Shown here: positions 10,396-20,281 of the stretch, one piece after another
Numbering within the stretch: the first letter of the stretch is position 1
Layout: every line of letters starts with the position of its first letter
Assembly (NCBI GenBank): GCA_016196545.1
Contig: JACPXM010000024.1
Coordinates: 4,553-68,552 of the forward strand
Source: Candidatus Omnitrophota bacterium
GTDB taxonomy: Bacteria > Omnitrophota > Omnitrophia > Omnitrophales > Aquincolibacteriaceae
Direction: 5' to 3'
DNA: 64,000 nt
Program-made: the position numbers and the translations under genes
The notes under the pieces: generated by a model
Seen by the model: the letters and a program-made list of their open reading frames with translations, nothing else
Database searches by the model: none
What the model was told of the DNA's origin: nothing

Positions 10396-11714
10396 CAGAG
10401 GCGTGCAATATGCGGGGCTTGAAAGGCTTTTAAAACGTTTCGCGTGTCAAAAATAAGCCGGGTATGCCTCACAATGTTTCGGTAATTAAAAGCGCTATGA
10501 TCCGTCGTAATCATGACAAGATCTTGGCGGCGAAGCAAAGAGGGGGTCAAAGGCTGAGATTCTAAAACCATGGCATTGTGTTTGAGGGAGGGCACAAACG
10601 GATCATGGTATTGAACGAATGCCCCGAGACGCCTGAGGCCCTCAAGGATGTCCAAGGCGGGAGATTCCCGCGTATCCGCGACATCCTTTTTATAGGAGAG
10701 TCCCAGAAGAAGCACTTTGGAACGACTCATCGCCTTGCCTAAATGTCGATTTAAATGATAAACGGCCTGCGAAACCACATAGTCAGGCATTTCCGCATTC
10801 ATGCGCCGAGCCAGTTCAATAAAATGCAAATCAGCGCCGTGAAGCCGCGCCTTCCAGGAAAGATAAATCGGGTCGACTCCAATGCAATGCCCTCCGATTC
10901 CAGGACCCGGATAAAAGGGCATAAAACCAAAGGGTTTGGTTTTGGCTGCATCGATGGCCTCCCAAATATTGATCTTTAAATGGCCCGCCGCTTTCGCCAA
11001 TTCGTTGACAAGTCCGATATTTACGATACGAAAAGTATTCTCAAGGAGTTTTGCCATCTCTGCGGTTCGAGAAGAACTCACCTTAACAACCTGGCTGGTA
11101 ATATTTGAATAGAGTGCGGCCGCCAAATCGCGGCATGCCGGCGTGATGCCACCCACAACCTTGGGAATGTTGCCGGTATGATATTTTTTATTGCCCGGAT
11201 CAATTCTCTCCGGAGAAAAACACAAAAAGAAATTTTTTCCAACCTTGAGGCCTGACTTTTCAAGGCAGGGCAAAATCACCTCTTCGGTAGTCCCCGGGTA
11301 GGTCGTACTCTCAAGGATGACTAATTCCCCGCCGTGGAGCCGTTTGGCAATGGCGTTGGCCGCCGAAACAATGTAAGAAATATCGGGATCCTTGACACGG
11401 TTGAGCGGGGTGGGCACGCATACGATCACAACATCCATAGCTTCCAAAACATCGTAGTCAGAAACTGCTTTAAATTTGTGATGGGCAATGATCCGTTGGA
11501 TGTCCCTTGATTTTAAGTCTGAAATATAAGATTGACCCTTCTCTAAAAGCGCGATTCTTTTGGAATCGATATCAATGCCAGTCACCGCATATCCCTGCCG
11601 GGCGAAGGCATGGGCTAGAGGTAACCCGACATAACCTAAACCGATCACAGCGATTTTGGCCTGTTTGGATTTTATTTTTGAAAAAAGAGATTTTTCGTCT
11701 TTGCTTTTTTTCAC
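10395..11714 (-). CDS. Nucleotide-sugar 6-dehydrogenase, UDP-GlcNAc/UDP-ManNAc type (TviB/WbpO/WecC-like)
   Basis: IAVIGLGYVGLPLAHAF Rossmann motif, GPGIGGHCIGVDP catalytic-Cys motif and LGLSYKKDVADTRESPA C-terminal domain motif. Confidence 0.8.
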   Translation of the reverse strand: MKKSKDEKSLFSKIKSKQAKIAVIGLGYVGLPLAHAFARQGYAVTGIDIDSKRIALLEKGQSYISDLKSRDIQRIIAHHKFKAVSDYDVLEAMDVVIVCVPTPLNRVKDPDISYIVSAANAIAKRLHGGELVILESTTYPGTTEEVILPCLEKSGLKVGKNFFLCFSPERIDPGNKKYHTGNIPKVVGGITPACRDLAAALYSNITSQVVKVSSSRTAEMAKLLENTFRIVNIGLVNELAKAAGHLKINIWEAIDAAKTKPFGFMPFYPGPGIGGHCIGVDPIYLSWKARLHGADLHFIELARRMNAEMPDYVVSQAVYHLNRHLGKAMSRSKVLLLGLSYKKDVADTRESPALDILEGLRRLGAFVQYHDPFVPSLKHNAMVLESQPLTPSLLRRQDLVMITTDHSAFNYRNIVRHTRLIFDTRNVLKAFQAPHIARL

Positions 11715-11717
11715 GGA

Positions 11718-13007
11718 TTATCTTCCGATGCTAAAGTATTGAAAGCCGGATCGTTTCATCAAAACGGGATCAAAAATATTACGGCCATCAAAAACAATCG
11801 CATGCTTCATGATTTTTTTAATTCGCTTCATATCCAGGGTCTTAAACTCATCCCATTCCGTTAAAATAACGAGGGCGTCTGCATGCTTCGCCGCTTCATA
11901 GGGGTTTTTGACATAGCGAATATCCTTGAATTGTTTTTTAAAATGTCCCGAGGCCTTGGGATCATAGGCTTGAATTTTAACGCCCTCTTTTAAAAGCTCT
12001 CCGATAATGTCGAGGGAAGGCGCAAAACGGATGTCATCGGTATTCGGCTTAAATGAAAGTCCCAACACGCCAAGTGTCTTATCCCTCAAATTCCAAAGAT
12101 GGTTTTCAATCTTTTTGACAAAGAAACGTTTTTGATCTTCATTGATGTCCAGCACTTCCCTTAAAAGGTTAAAGGGAATCCCCATTTTTTCAGAGATTCT
12201 TAAAAAAGCCATGAGGTCCTTCGGGAAACAAAAACCCCCAAAACCGATGCCCGGTCTTAAAAAACTTGCCCCAATTCTCGGATCAAGTCCCATGCCCTCG
12301 GTCACCATATCGATATTGGCCCCTGAGGCGTCACAGATTCTTGCGAGCGCATTCACAAAAGAAATTTTAGTCGCCAAGAAGGAGTTGGAGGCATGTTTGA
12401 TCAATTCCGCACTTTTCAAATCGGTCACTACAATTTTGGCCATCAAAGGCTCATAGAGTTTTCTTAGAATCTTTTCCGCCTTCGGTGTGGAGACTCCAAG
12501 AATAATCCGGTCGGGATTTAGAAAATCGTGGATGGCCGAACCCTCGCGCAAAAACTCAGGATTGGAGGCTACGTCAAAAAGGGTCGTTTTAGCCTTCATT
12601 TCGCAAATCGTTTGATAAATGCGTTCTCCCGTTTGAACGGGAACGGTGCTTTTTTCGACAATTAATCGGTATTGTCTCAGTCGTGTGGCGATTTCCCGCG
12701 CTACATTTTCAACAAAGGATAAATCCGCCTCACCCCGATCTTTGGGCGGCGTATTGACACAAATAAAAAGGACTTCACATTTTTTGACCGCGTCATCAAT
12801 ATGGCTGGAAAAATGAATTTGTCCCTTTTGCAGGTTGGACCGTATCATTTCTTCAAGACCCGGCTCATAAATCGGTGAAATACCCTTTTTAAGGAGCGCG
12901 ATTTTTTTGAGGTCATTGTCCACACATAAGACCTCATTGCCCAGATGGGCAAAGCACACCCCGGTCACCAACCCCACATACCCTGAACCAATAATTCCAA
13001 TTTTCAT
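11718..13007 (-). CDS. ugd: UDP-glucose 6-dehydrogenase
   Basis: MKIGIIGSGYVGLVTG, NPEFLREGSAI, GIGFGGFCFPKD (catalytic Cys) and LGLSFKPNTDDIR motifs. Confidence 0.9.
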   Translation of the reverse strand: MKIGIIGSGYVGLVTGVCFAHLGNEVLCVDNDLKKIALLKKGISPIYEPGLEEMIRSNLQKGQIHFSSHIDDAVKKCEVLFICVNTPPKDRGEADLSFVENVAREIATRLRQYRLIVEKSTVPVQTGERIYQTICEMKAKTTLFDVASNPEFLREGSAIHDFLNPDRIILGVSTPKAEKILRKLYEPLMAKIVVTDLKSAELIKHASNSFLATKISFVNALARICDASGANIDMVTEGMGLDPRIGASFLRPGIGFGGFCFPKDLMAFLRISEKMGIPFNLLREVLDINEDQKRFFVKKIENHLWNLRDKTLGVLGLSFKPNTDDIRFAPSLDIIGELLKEGVKIQAYDPKASGHFKKQFKDIRYVKNPYEAAKHADALVILTEWDEFKTLDMKRIKKIMKHAIVFDGRNIFDPVLMKRSGFQYFSIGR

Positions 13008-13023
13008 ATCAATCCTTAAAGCC

Positions 13024-15330
13024 TTAGGGCGTTCCCTTTTTAGCTAAGGGAGTCACTTCAAAATCAGATTGGAAATCCCCAAGCATCGAACTTGGATTGG
13101 CGCCCGCCACGTTTTCTCCGATTCTTGGTTCTCCAAAGGAAGCGCGACCCGGTCCCGCGCCGAGATGAATCTCAGGAAATGCCTTAAAGCGGAAATTGAA
13201 GAACAACTCCTTATTGTTGCTGCGGATTGCGGAATTGCGCACATTGTATCCAAAATCCAGAATGAAATCGTGCAAATCGCGCGTGGCCGATACCTGCCAC
13301 TCTTCGAGCCCTAAATCATTTTCATTCCAGCGAACATATCCATGTAATTCCCACAAGCGATTGAGGCGATAGCGGGCATTGAAAACAAACTGCCCGTTGT
13401 CGGAAACATCGCCAATCCCTTTCACAAAACGGTGGCCGAAAAGCAGCCTTAAATTCTTAAATCGCGTCACCCAATCCTGGTTAAACACCCGAAAGGAATC
13501 ACGGTCCATATCATAATCAAAGCGGGCTTCATAGATGAGCCAGTCATAGGGGCGCAGCACGAGATCCTGACTTAAAATTGAAAATTGACTTGAGGTCGAA
13601 GCGTCTTCAAACGTAATAAAGCGCGAGGCTTGAGAGCGCCCATCCGGATGAATTTCATAGCTAAGAAAGGTGTTTAGGCTTACAACATCGACGCGTTTCA
13701 TCTGTCCTTGCATAACGCGTTTGGTTTGAAGCCGGTTTTCGATACCAAAGGTCACGATATCCGCATCATCAATGCGGTCGGTGGAATCAAAATGATCGAT
13801 GGTTTCATCACTAACTGTAGAACGAACCGATCGGTACTGAATGCTGGGCTCAAAGACATGCCTTAACTCATTCATTTCAAATCCAAGCCGATGAAAATTG
13901 ACCGGAAAAGTTTTATAGGCATGCGTTCTTAAATCGGCTCCCCCTCCTAACAGCGTTCGGAAACGATCCTCATCGGATTCTTTTTCGCGGCTATAATAAG
14001 TTCCCCCCAAATTTACAAAAGGACTAAATTTAATTCCCTTCCATTGCAAAGGGGCGATCCACTCATTCATCTGATGAATGCGCCAAACGTCCTCATTCAA
14101 AGGGATTCTTCCCAACACTTTGTGAAGATTGGCAAAACTGGTATCACTTTGATAATAAATCCCAGATTTGAAAAAGGGTTGATTCTTCCAACCGAACCGG
14201 ACGTCCGGCACTCTTTCTACAAGAGATTCGAAGTTATTCACTCGTTTTTCAACATACGTCATAAGCCCGTAACGATCGGTATTATGGTTTAGTGTCACAA
14301 AGGATTGAGGCTCAATTTCCGCACGGCCTTCTTTTTCAAAAAAATCCTGCAGGAACTGCTCATCGGAAAATCGATTGTACCGAGAAATAATGTAATTATA
14401 TTTATTATGCATGGTTTGATTCATCCACGTGAGACGTCCGCGTGTTCGGTCCTCACGTTCCCGGTAGGGATTATCGGAACCAAAGGTAGGTGCATTGTTA
14501 TCCTGCGTGAGATAGCCCTTCGCAAATCCCTTAAAATATTTTCCATAGTCGTAAAAAACATCAGCACCGGATCCGAATCCGCGCTTGGAGCGCCAATCCA
14601 CATGAACATTCCCCCCTATATTTCGATTGATGGAGAATCCCTTACTGCCTAAAAGATAAGCGCCGTGCTCTGAATTATAGCCGGCCTTCAGCGTAAAGGG
14701 CAAATTGCCCCTCTCATTAAGGGGGATAATCAGATAGGGCAGCCAGAAAACAGGTTTTCCCAAAACCACAATGGTAACGCTTTTCGCGATTAATTTATCC
14801 CCTTCATAAATAGTAACTTTTTTGGCTTTAAAGGAATAATGTGGATTTTCGAGATTGCAAGTTGTGACGGTTCCTTTTTTGACGATTTGAACGCCGTCTT
14901 TGAGTTGTTGATAGTCTTCACCGGAACTGAACCAAGGAATATGGTAGGTGCGTCCATTCGGAAAGCTTGCCGCATCGGTGGCAAAATTATAATGGACTTC
15001 TTCTCCTCGAGCGACAGCGTATTTATGGCGGAAAATGATAACGTGCCCGCGGGCATAGGCTTTTTTAGATTTTGTTTCAACTTCCGCGTAATCGGCCGCC
15101 AGTTCAATCTCCTGATAACGGAGAATGACATTCTCTCTGGCAATGATTTTCTGCTGGTCCCGAGTGTATTCAATCTGATCGGCAACCACTTGCACCTGAC
15201 CCCCTTCACTTTGAAAGGGAGTGTCGTAAGGAAGGGCTCGCTGGGGAGGCTTGTCTTCGGAATCGGCAAAGCCACGAAAAGATACCGCCAAAAAGACAAA
15301 CGTAACAAGGAGCCAGGACAGCGCTTTCAT
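13024..15330 (-). CDS. lptD: LPS-assembly outer-membrane protein LptD
   Basis: 768 aa with a signal peptide. It has an OstA-like N-terminal domain (ADQIEY...ARENVILRYQEIELAADYAEV...ARGHV), a TTCNLENPHYSFKAKKVTIY segment and a PVFWLPYLIIPL motif, followed by a long beta-rich C-terminus. Confidence 0.8.
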   Translation of the reverse strand: MKALSWLLVTFVFLAVSFRGFADSEDKPPQRALPYDTPFQSEGGQVQVVADQIEYTRDQQKIIARENVILRYQEIELAADYAEVETKSKKAYARGHVIIFRHKYAVARGEEVHYNFATDAASFPNGRTYHIPWFSSGEDYQQLKDGVQIVKKGTVTTCNLENPHYSFKAKKVTIYEGDKLIAKSVTIVVLGKPVFWLPYLIIPLNERGNLPFTLKAGYNSEHGAYLLGSKGFSINRNIGGNVHVDWRSKRGFGSGADVFYDYGKYFKGFAKGYLTQDNNAPTFGSDNPYREREDRTRGRLTWMNQTMHNKYNYIISRYNRFSDEQFLQDFFEKEGRAEIEPQSFVTLNHNTDRYGLMTYVEKRVNNFESLVERVPDVRFGWKNQPFFKSGIYYQSDTSFANLHKVLGRIPLNEDVWRIHQMNEWIAPLQWKGIKFSPFVNLGGTYYSREKESDEDRFRTLLGGGADLRTHAYKTFPVNFHRLGFEMNELRHVFEPSIQYRSVRSTVSDETIDHFDSTDRIDDADIVTFGIENRLQTKRVMQGQMKRVDVVSLNTFLSYEIHPDGRSQASRFITFEDASTSSQFSILSQDLVLRPYDWLIYEARFDYDMDRDSFRVFNQDWVTRFKNLRLLFGHRFVKGIGDVSDNGQFVFNARYRLNRLWELHGYVRWNENDLGLEEWQVSATRDLHDFILDFGYNVRNSAIRSNNKELFFNFRFKAFPEIHLGAGPGRASFGEPRIGENVAGANPSSMLGDFQSDFEVTPLAKKGTP

Positions 15331-15347
15331 GGGCCGTGGAATCGTTT

Positions 15348-16715
15348 TTATAAGTCCTTATAAAAGATCACCCGATTTCGGCCCTCTTCTTTTGCCCGAT
15401 AGAGGGCCTTGTCGGCAAATTGGATTAATTGCAATGCAAGTTCGGAAACGGGTATTCGAGCCAAATCATTGCCTCCATCTGTTGGAAACAACGCGCCACC
15501 GACGCTTACCGTGACTTTAGTTTTATCCGCAAGAATTTCAAAATGATGCCGCGCAATGCTGGAACGTATTCTTTCGGCAATTTCCATCGCCACTTCCGGC
15601 TTGGTTTCCGGAATGGCTACAATGAATTCCTCTCCGCCATACCGGGCAAGAATATCGACCTGTCGTAAACTTTCTCTTAAAAGAGATGCCACTTGACGAA
15701 GGGTGGCATCTCCTGTCAAGTGGCCGTGGTCGTCATTATATCGTTTGAAATGATCAATGTCTAACATTAATACTGCCAAGGGGAAGCGATAATTTATACT
15801 TCGTTTAAGTTCTTCTTCAAAACGCTCGAGGAAATGCCTTCGGACAAAAAGTCCGGTCAAGCCGTCACGAATGGAAAGTTCCTTAACCTCATCATAGAGC
15901 CGAATCTTCTTAATTTGTAACGCGAGGAATGAGGCTAGGACTTCGAATTTCGCCAAATCATCGGATTCGGCACCTTGAACCGTGAGGCCCGACTTTAAAT
16001 CCTGTATTTGCGACAAGGGAAAAAACCAAGTTTTGTCCCCCTTGGCTATTTTCTTGCCTCCTTGGGGTTCGTCCAAAAAAATTCTTTCTTCCGCAGATAA
16101 GAGATTTAAATTACGCTCCGCAATCACACCCTGCAAGGAGATATTGAAAATAAGAACTGGTGATTCTTCCGATTTTGTCTTGACCATTAACTTCATTTGC
16201 TGAAAGGGCAGAACGGGCATCACTTTGCGAAAAAGTTGATCCGCCACGGCACCAAAACTTAGAACCTCACCAAAATCACGGGCCAGCTCGAAGAGATCAA
16301 GGAGGCTTGTTACCTGCTTTTCCAAATGGCGAAGGCTTTCAAGACGTGCTTGATGCTTTTGTTTTAAGAGGTCTAGTTGCTCCAGGACAAATCGCGCAGA
16401 GGCGGTTTCCATTCCAAGCAAGCCCGCCCAATAATTGCGATATCGCACAAGAACGAAAAAAAGGGCGAGCCCTAGAAGGATGAGCGTAAGAACCTCGCCC
16501 GTCAGTCGATAGAAAAAAACCCCGAAAAAAGCAGCCGACAGAAAAAAAAGGCCTACCCAGAAAAGGAAAAGGTCGCGTTTCCAATAAGGATAAAAAAGCG
16601 GGAAGATAAGCAGGGGAGAAAGACAAAAAGGGTAAAGCGCGGGACCTTTTCCGACAAGCCACAAGATCCCTGCGAAGAGAAGCAAAAAGACAAAGTTTAA
16701 GAGCCGGAAATACAT
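15348..16715 (-). CDS. Membrane-anchored diguanylate cyclase (GGDEF)
   Basis: About 4 N-terminal TM helices and a C-terminal GGDEF domain (DGLTGLFVRRHF, DIDHFKRYND, RYGGEEF). An RxxD I-site (RQVD) sits exactly 5 residues before GGEEF. Confidence 0.85.
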   Translation of the reverse strand: MYFRLLNFVFLLLFAGILWLVGKGPALYPFCLSPLLIFPLFYPYWKRDLFLFWVGLFFLSAAFFGVFFYRLTGEVLTLILLGLALFFVLVRYRNYWAGLLGMETASARFVLEQLDLLKQKHQARLESLRHLEKQVTSLLDLFELARDFGEVLSFGAVADQLFRKVMPVLPFQQMKLMVKTKSEESPVLIFNISLQGVIAERNLNLLSAEERIFLDEPQGGKKIAKGDKTWFFPLSQIQDLKSGLTVQGAESDDLAKFEVLASFLALQIKKIRLYDEVKELSIRDGLTGLFVRRHFLERFEEELKRSINYRFPLAVLMLDIDHFKRYNDDHGHLTGDATLRQVASLLRESLRQVDILARYGGEEFIVAIPETKPEVAMEIAERIRSSIARHHFEILADKTKVTVSVGGALFPTDGGNDLARIPVSELALQLIQFADKALYRAKEEGRNRVIFYKDL

Positions 16716-18154
16716 ACCTGATTTCTTCCTGAGCGTTTTGCGCGATAAAGGGCTTGGTCTGCAAACTTAATTAACTCTTCAAGGTCAAGGGAATCCTCGG
16801 GCATGCTGGCGATGCCCATAGAAACCGTCACTTGCACCTTGTCTCTGCGAACCGTAATCGGAGATTCCTCGGTTTGTTTACGAATTCTTTCCCCGATTTG
16901 CAATGCCTCTTTTTTATCAATTTCTGGCAGTAAAACAACAAACTCTTCGCCTCCATATCGAGCTGCAAGCGCACTTTTGTCTTTCAAGGAGGCAAGGATT
17001 TTTGCAAAATGAACCAGCACCATGTCCCCCATGGCATGTCCCATTTTGTCATTGATTCGCTTAAAATGATCAAGGTCGCACATTAAAACAGAAAGCGGCC
17101 GATGCGTCATAAGCGCCCTCTGATGTTCGTCCCTAAAACGCTCATAAAAATGGCTACGCACAAAGAGTGCGGTCAAGGAATCACGAATGGCAAGCTCTTT
17201 TGTTTTCTCATAAAGCTGTGCGTTAAAAAGAGCAGAGGAAGACAACACTGCAATCGTATCCAGGAGTCGCAAATCATCATTGGAAAATTGATCCGGCTGT
17301 ATCGATTGAAGACGCAAGGTCCCGGCAGCCCTTCCACCATGAATCAGGGGGGCGATAATGAGGCTTCTCACGTCTTTGAGCTTGATGACTTCATGGGCAT
17401 CGAATCGGAAATCCTGCTGGGCATCGGAGATGATCAATCGCCTTCTATTTTTTAGAGCCCATTGATCGTAGAGATCCCCCTCCTGCCTTTTTTTTGACTT
17501 GATTTCAGAATTCGCAGCGTATTGTGCAACCACGAGAGGAAATGAATTTTGATTTTCAGCAGGACTCAAAAAAGTCAAAATCGCGCCGTCCCCTTTTGCA
17601 ATGAAGTGATAGGTCTTCTCAACCACAGCTTTTGAAATCTCTGAAACCAGAAGGGAGGTTGCAAGCTCTTCGGCAAGTCGCCTGAGATTGTAATAGGTCG
17701 AGTATTTTTCGAAGAGGATGCTGATCCCTTCTCCCTTCACTTTATAGGACAGCTCAAGGTCATTTTTTTCATTCACGGCTTTTTCCCGGTCCACGGCCAA
17801 AACCGCAATCTGTTCAAGGTATTCTTGATCCAGAAAATGCAAAAAAAGGAGCAAAAAAGCATACGCGACAATATGCCACAGATAGAACGCGGACGCCGTG
17901 AAGGAACAAATAAAAAGGATAATCAGACTTGTCAGCCCCACGGTTACAAGACCCCCGGGCAGACGAAATGCAAACCAACTCGCAAGAATTGAAAACATAT
18001 AGCCGGTTAATCCCAGAGATATTTGGATGAGATAATATTCTGGAGTGAGGGATGATTTTAAATAAGAAAGGTGAAGAAAAATTTTCTGCGTCAGGAGAAA
18101 AAAAAGAACAGCCGCTGCACCAACACTGATTCGCTTAAGGGTAGCAGCCCCCAT
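16697..18154 (-). CDS. Membrane GAF-GGDEF diguanylate cyclase
   Basis: N-terminal TM helices, a central GAF-like region (RSLIIAPLIHGGRAAGTLRLQS...) and a GGDEF domain (DSLTALFVRSHF, DLDHFKRIND, RYGGEEF). No RxxD motif lies at the I-site position. Confidence 0.85.
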   Translation of the reverse strand: MGAATLKRISVGAAAVLFFLLTQKIFLHLSYLKSSLTPEYYLIQISLGLTGYMFSILASWFAFRLPGGLVTVGLTSLIILFICSFTASAFYLWHIVAYAFLLLFLHFLDQEYLEQIAVLAVDREKAVNEKNDLELSYKVKGEGISILFEKYSTYYNLRRLAEELATSLLVSEISKAVVEKTYHFIAKGDGAILTFLSPAENQNSFPLVVAQYAANSEIKSKKRQEGDLYDQWALKNRRRLIISDAQQDFRFDAHEVIKLKDVRSLIIAPLIHGGRAAGTLRLQSIQPDQFSNDDLRLLDTIAVLSSSALFNAQLYEKTKELAIRDSLTALFVRSHFYERFRDEHQRALMTHRPLSVLMCDLDHFKRINDKMGHAMGDMVLVHFAKILASLKDKSALAARYGGEEFVVLLPEIDKKEALQIGERIRKQTEESPITVRRDKVQVTVSMGIASMPEDSLDLEELIKFADQALYRAKRSGRNQVCISGS

Positions 18155-18158
18155 AAGC

Positions 18159-19268
18159 TCAGAAAATGGCAGCTTCCGTTTTGGGATCGAAGAAGTGAGC
18201 CTTGCTCATATCAAATACAATTTGAAGGTCCTGATTGACAGTGGCAGTGTCCTGATTGGTGACCCGGGCCACAAAATTATTGGTGCCCGCATTGAGGTAA
18301 AGGTAAATCTCTGAGCCCATGGGTTCTACCATATCCACCGTTGCCGTGATGGTAAATTCAGGGCGGGCGTCTTGAGCAAATATTTTGTCGTAAATATCTT
18401 CCGGACGAATGCCAAAAATGACATCCTGATTCTTATAGGGCGATATTTTTGAATGATGCTGGGGCAGAAGCCTTAATCGAATTCCTTTGTCCTGAAAGAA
18501 ATAGTCTCCATTTTGTTTTGCGATTTTCCCATTCAAAAAATTCATCGGCGGCGAACCGATGAATCCCGCCACAAATTTATTGGCAGGGTTTTCATAAATA
18601 TTGACGGGGTCGGAGGTCTGTTGAATGGTTCCCGACTTCATGACCACAATGCGATCTCCAAGCGTCAGCGCTTCCACTTGGTCATGCGTTACATAAATCA
18701 TGGTACTTTGAAGGCGATTATGCAATCGCTGCAATTCCATGCGCATCTGAACCCTTAACTTCGCATCCAGATTGCTTAAAGGCTCGTCAAATAAAAAGAC
18801 TTTGGGTTTTCGAACAATCGCCCTTCCCACGGCGACCCGCTGCCTTTCGCCGCCGGAAAGTTCCTTGGGTTTTCGTTTCAGCATATTGGAATGGATCAGC
18901 CCCAAAATTTCCGCAGCTTCATGAACGCGTCGTTCGATTTCTTTTTTGGGATAGCGCCGAAGCTTAAGGCCAAAGGCCAGATTTTCATAAACCGTCATAT
19001 GAGGATACAGGGCGTAATTTTGGAACACCATGGCAATATCCCGGTTCTTAGCGGGAACATCATTAACGATGAGATTATCAATTAAGATCTCCCCTTCGCT
19101 GATTTCTTCAAGACCCGCGACCATTCGAAGCGTCGTTGATTTTCCACAGCCGGAAGGACCGACTAAAACGACGAATTCTTTATCGGAGACTTCAAGGTTG
19201 ACATTGCGAACTGCATTCACATGGTTGGAGTAGAACTTGCTAAGATTTCGTAAAACAACGGTGGCCAT
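18159..19268 (-). CDS. ABC transporter ATP-binding protein, MalK/UgpC/MsmK type
   Basis: Walker A GPSGCGKST, signature LSGGERQRVAVGRA, Walker B VFLFDEPLS, plus a MalK-like C-terminal regulatory (TOBE) extension. No permease or binding protein is adjacent. Confidence 0.85.
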   Translation of the reverse strand: MATVVLRNLSKFYSNHVNAVRNVNLEVSDKEFVVLVGPSGCGKSTTLRMVAGLEEISEGEILIDNLIVNDVPAKNRDIAMVFQNYALYPHMTVYENLAFGLKLRRYPKKEIERRVHEAAEILGLIHSNMLKRKPKELSGGERQRVAVGRAIVRKPKVFLFDEPLSNLDAKLRVQMRMELQRLHNRLQSTMIYVTHDQVEALTLGDRIVVMKSGTIQQTSDPVNIYENPANKFVAGFIGSPPMNFLNGKIAKQNGDYFFQDKGIRLRLLPQHHSKISPYKNQDVIFGIRPEDIYDKIFAQDARPEFTITATVDMVEPMGSEIYLYLNAGTNNFVARVTNQDTATVNQDLQIVFDMSKAHFFDPKTEAAIF

Positions 19269-19283
19269 AATTCCTTTCTGTAT

Positions 19284-20201
19284 TTAATCGAGATAATCGA
19301 GCAGTAATTTCAGGGTAATTTTTAAATCGCGCCGGTCAATAACTTTATCGATAAGACCGTGTTCCAAAAGAAATTCAGAGGTTTGAAAATCAGGGGGAAG
19401 TTTCTGTCGGATGGTTTGCTCAATCACACGGGGACCCGCAAATCCGATGAGGGCCTGAGGTTCTGCGACGATGACATCGCCTAAGGAGGCGAAGCTTGCC
19501 ATGACACCCCCCATCGTGGGATTTGTCAAAACGGAAATAAACGGGACTTTTGTCTTTTTTAAAAGCCCCAGCGCAGCCGAGGTTTTCGCCATTTGCATCA
19601 AGCTCAAAACCCCTTCATACATCCGCGCTCCTCCTCCGGATCCAGACACAATCACAAGGGGAATTTTCTCCTCAAGACAGTATTCAACAAGCCTCGTAAT
19701 TTTTTCGCCCACCACCGAGCCCATCGATCCCATGATGAAACGCGAATCCGTCACGCCGAAAGCGATTTGTTTCCCCAGGAGTTTTCCTTCCCCGGTAAGG
19801 CAAGCTTCGCGCAAACTGGTCTTTCTTTGATCCTGCTTAAGTTTTTCCAGATAGGATTTGGCACCCTCAAATTGCAGCGGGTCCAAACTGCTCAAATCCT
19901 CGTCCCTCTCTTTAAACGTTTTCTCGTCGAGTAATTGGTCGACTCGTTCGGAAGCTCCCACGATAAAGTGATAGCGGCATTTTTCACAGACGGAGAGATT
20001 GCCTTTGAGGGATTTATTAAAAAGCACATGTTGGCAATTTGGACATTTCGTCCATAACCCTGCGGGGACGCTTTTTTTTCGAAGGCCTGATCGAACCGGC
20101 TCGGATTTGACTTCCTGTTTTGACAAGTCTGCTTTTTGTTCCATTAAGACCCTGCGAGTTAAGGGAATGGCTGACGTGAAATTGTAAAATTCTAAAGACA
20201 T
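19284..20201 (-). CDS. accD: Acetyl-CoA carboxylase carboxyltransferase beta subunit
   Basis: N-terminal zinc ribbon CPNCQHVLF...CEKCRYH followed by the carboxyltransferase domain (GSMGSVVGEKI, SGGARMYEG). Confidence 0.9.
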   Translation of the reverse strand: MSLEFYNFTSAIPLTRRVLMEQKADLSKQEVKSEPVRSGLRKKSVPAGLWTKCPNCQHVLFNKSLKGNLSVCEKCRYHFIVGASERVDQLLDEKTFKERDEDLSSLDPLQFEGAKSYLEKLKQDQRKTSLREACLTGEGKLLGKQIAFGVTDSRFIMGSMGSVVGEKITRLVEYCLEEKIPLVIVSGSGGGARMYEGVLSLMQMAKTSAALGLLKKTKVPFISVLTNPTMGGVMASFASLGDVIVAEPQALIGFAGPRVIEQTIRQKLPPDFQTSEFLLEHGLIDKVIDRRDLKITLKLLLDYLD

Positions 20202-20281
20202 GAGCTAGGAATGTCAATTAAATTCTAACTAATTGCAGTATATAGCTTTACAACAATGAATGAAAATGCTATTGTTTGCGC

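Noticed and set aside
14790-15363. 172-aa (-) and 174-aa (+) ORFs inside lptD. Similar long alternative-frame or antisense ORFs occur at 27142-27741, 35465-36019, 62365-62940, 47855-48250, 16339-16764 and 20916-21329.
   Set aside because: All lie entirely within strongly supported CDSs with recognisable family motifs in the other frame or strand. Their translations are low-complexity or Arg/Pro/Ser-rich, typical of shadow ORFs.
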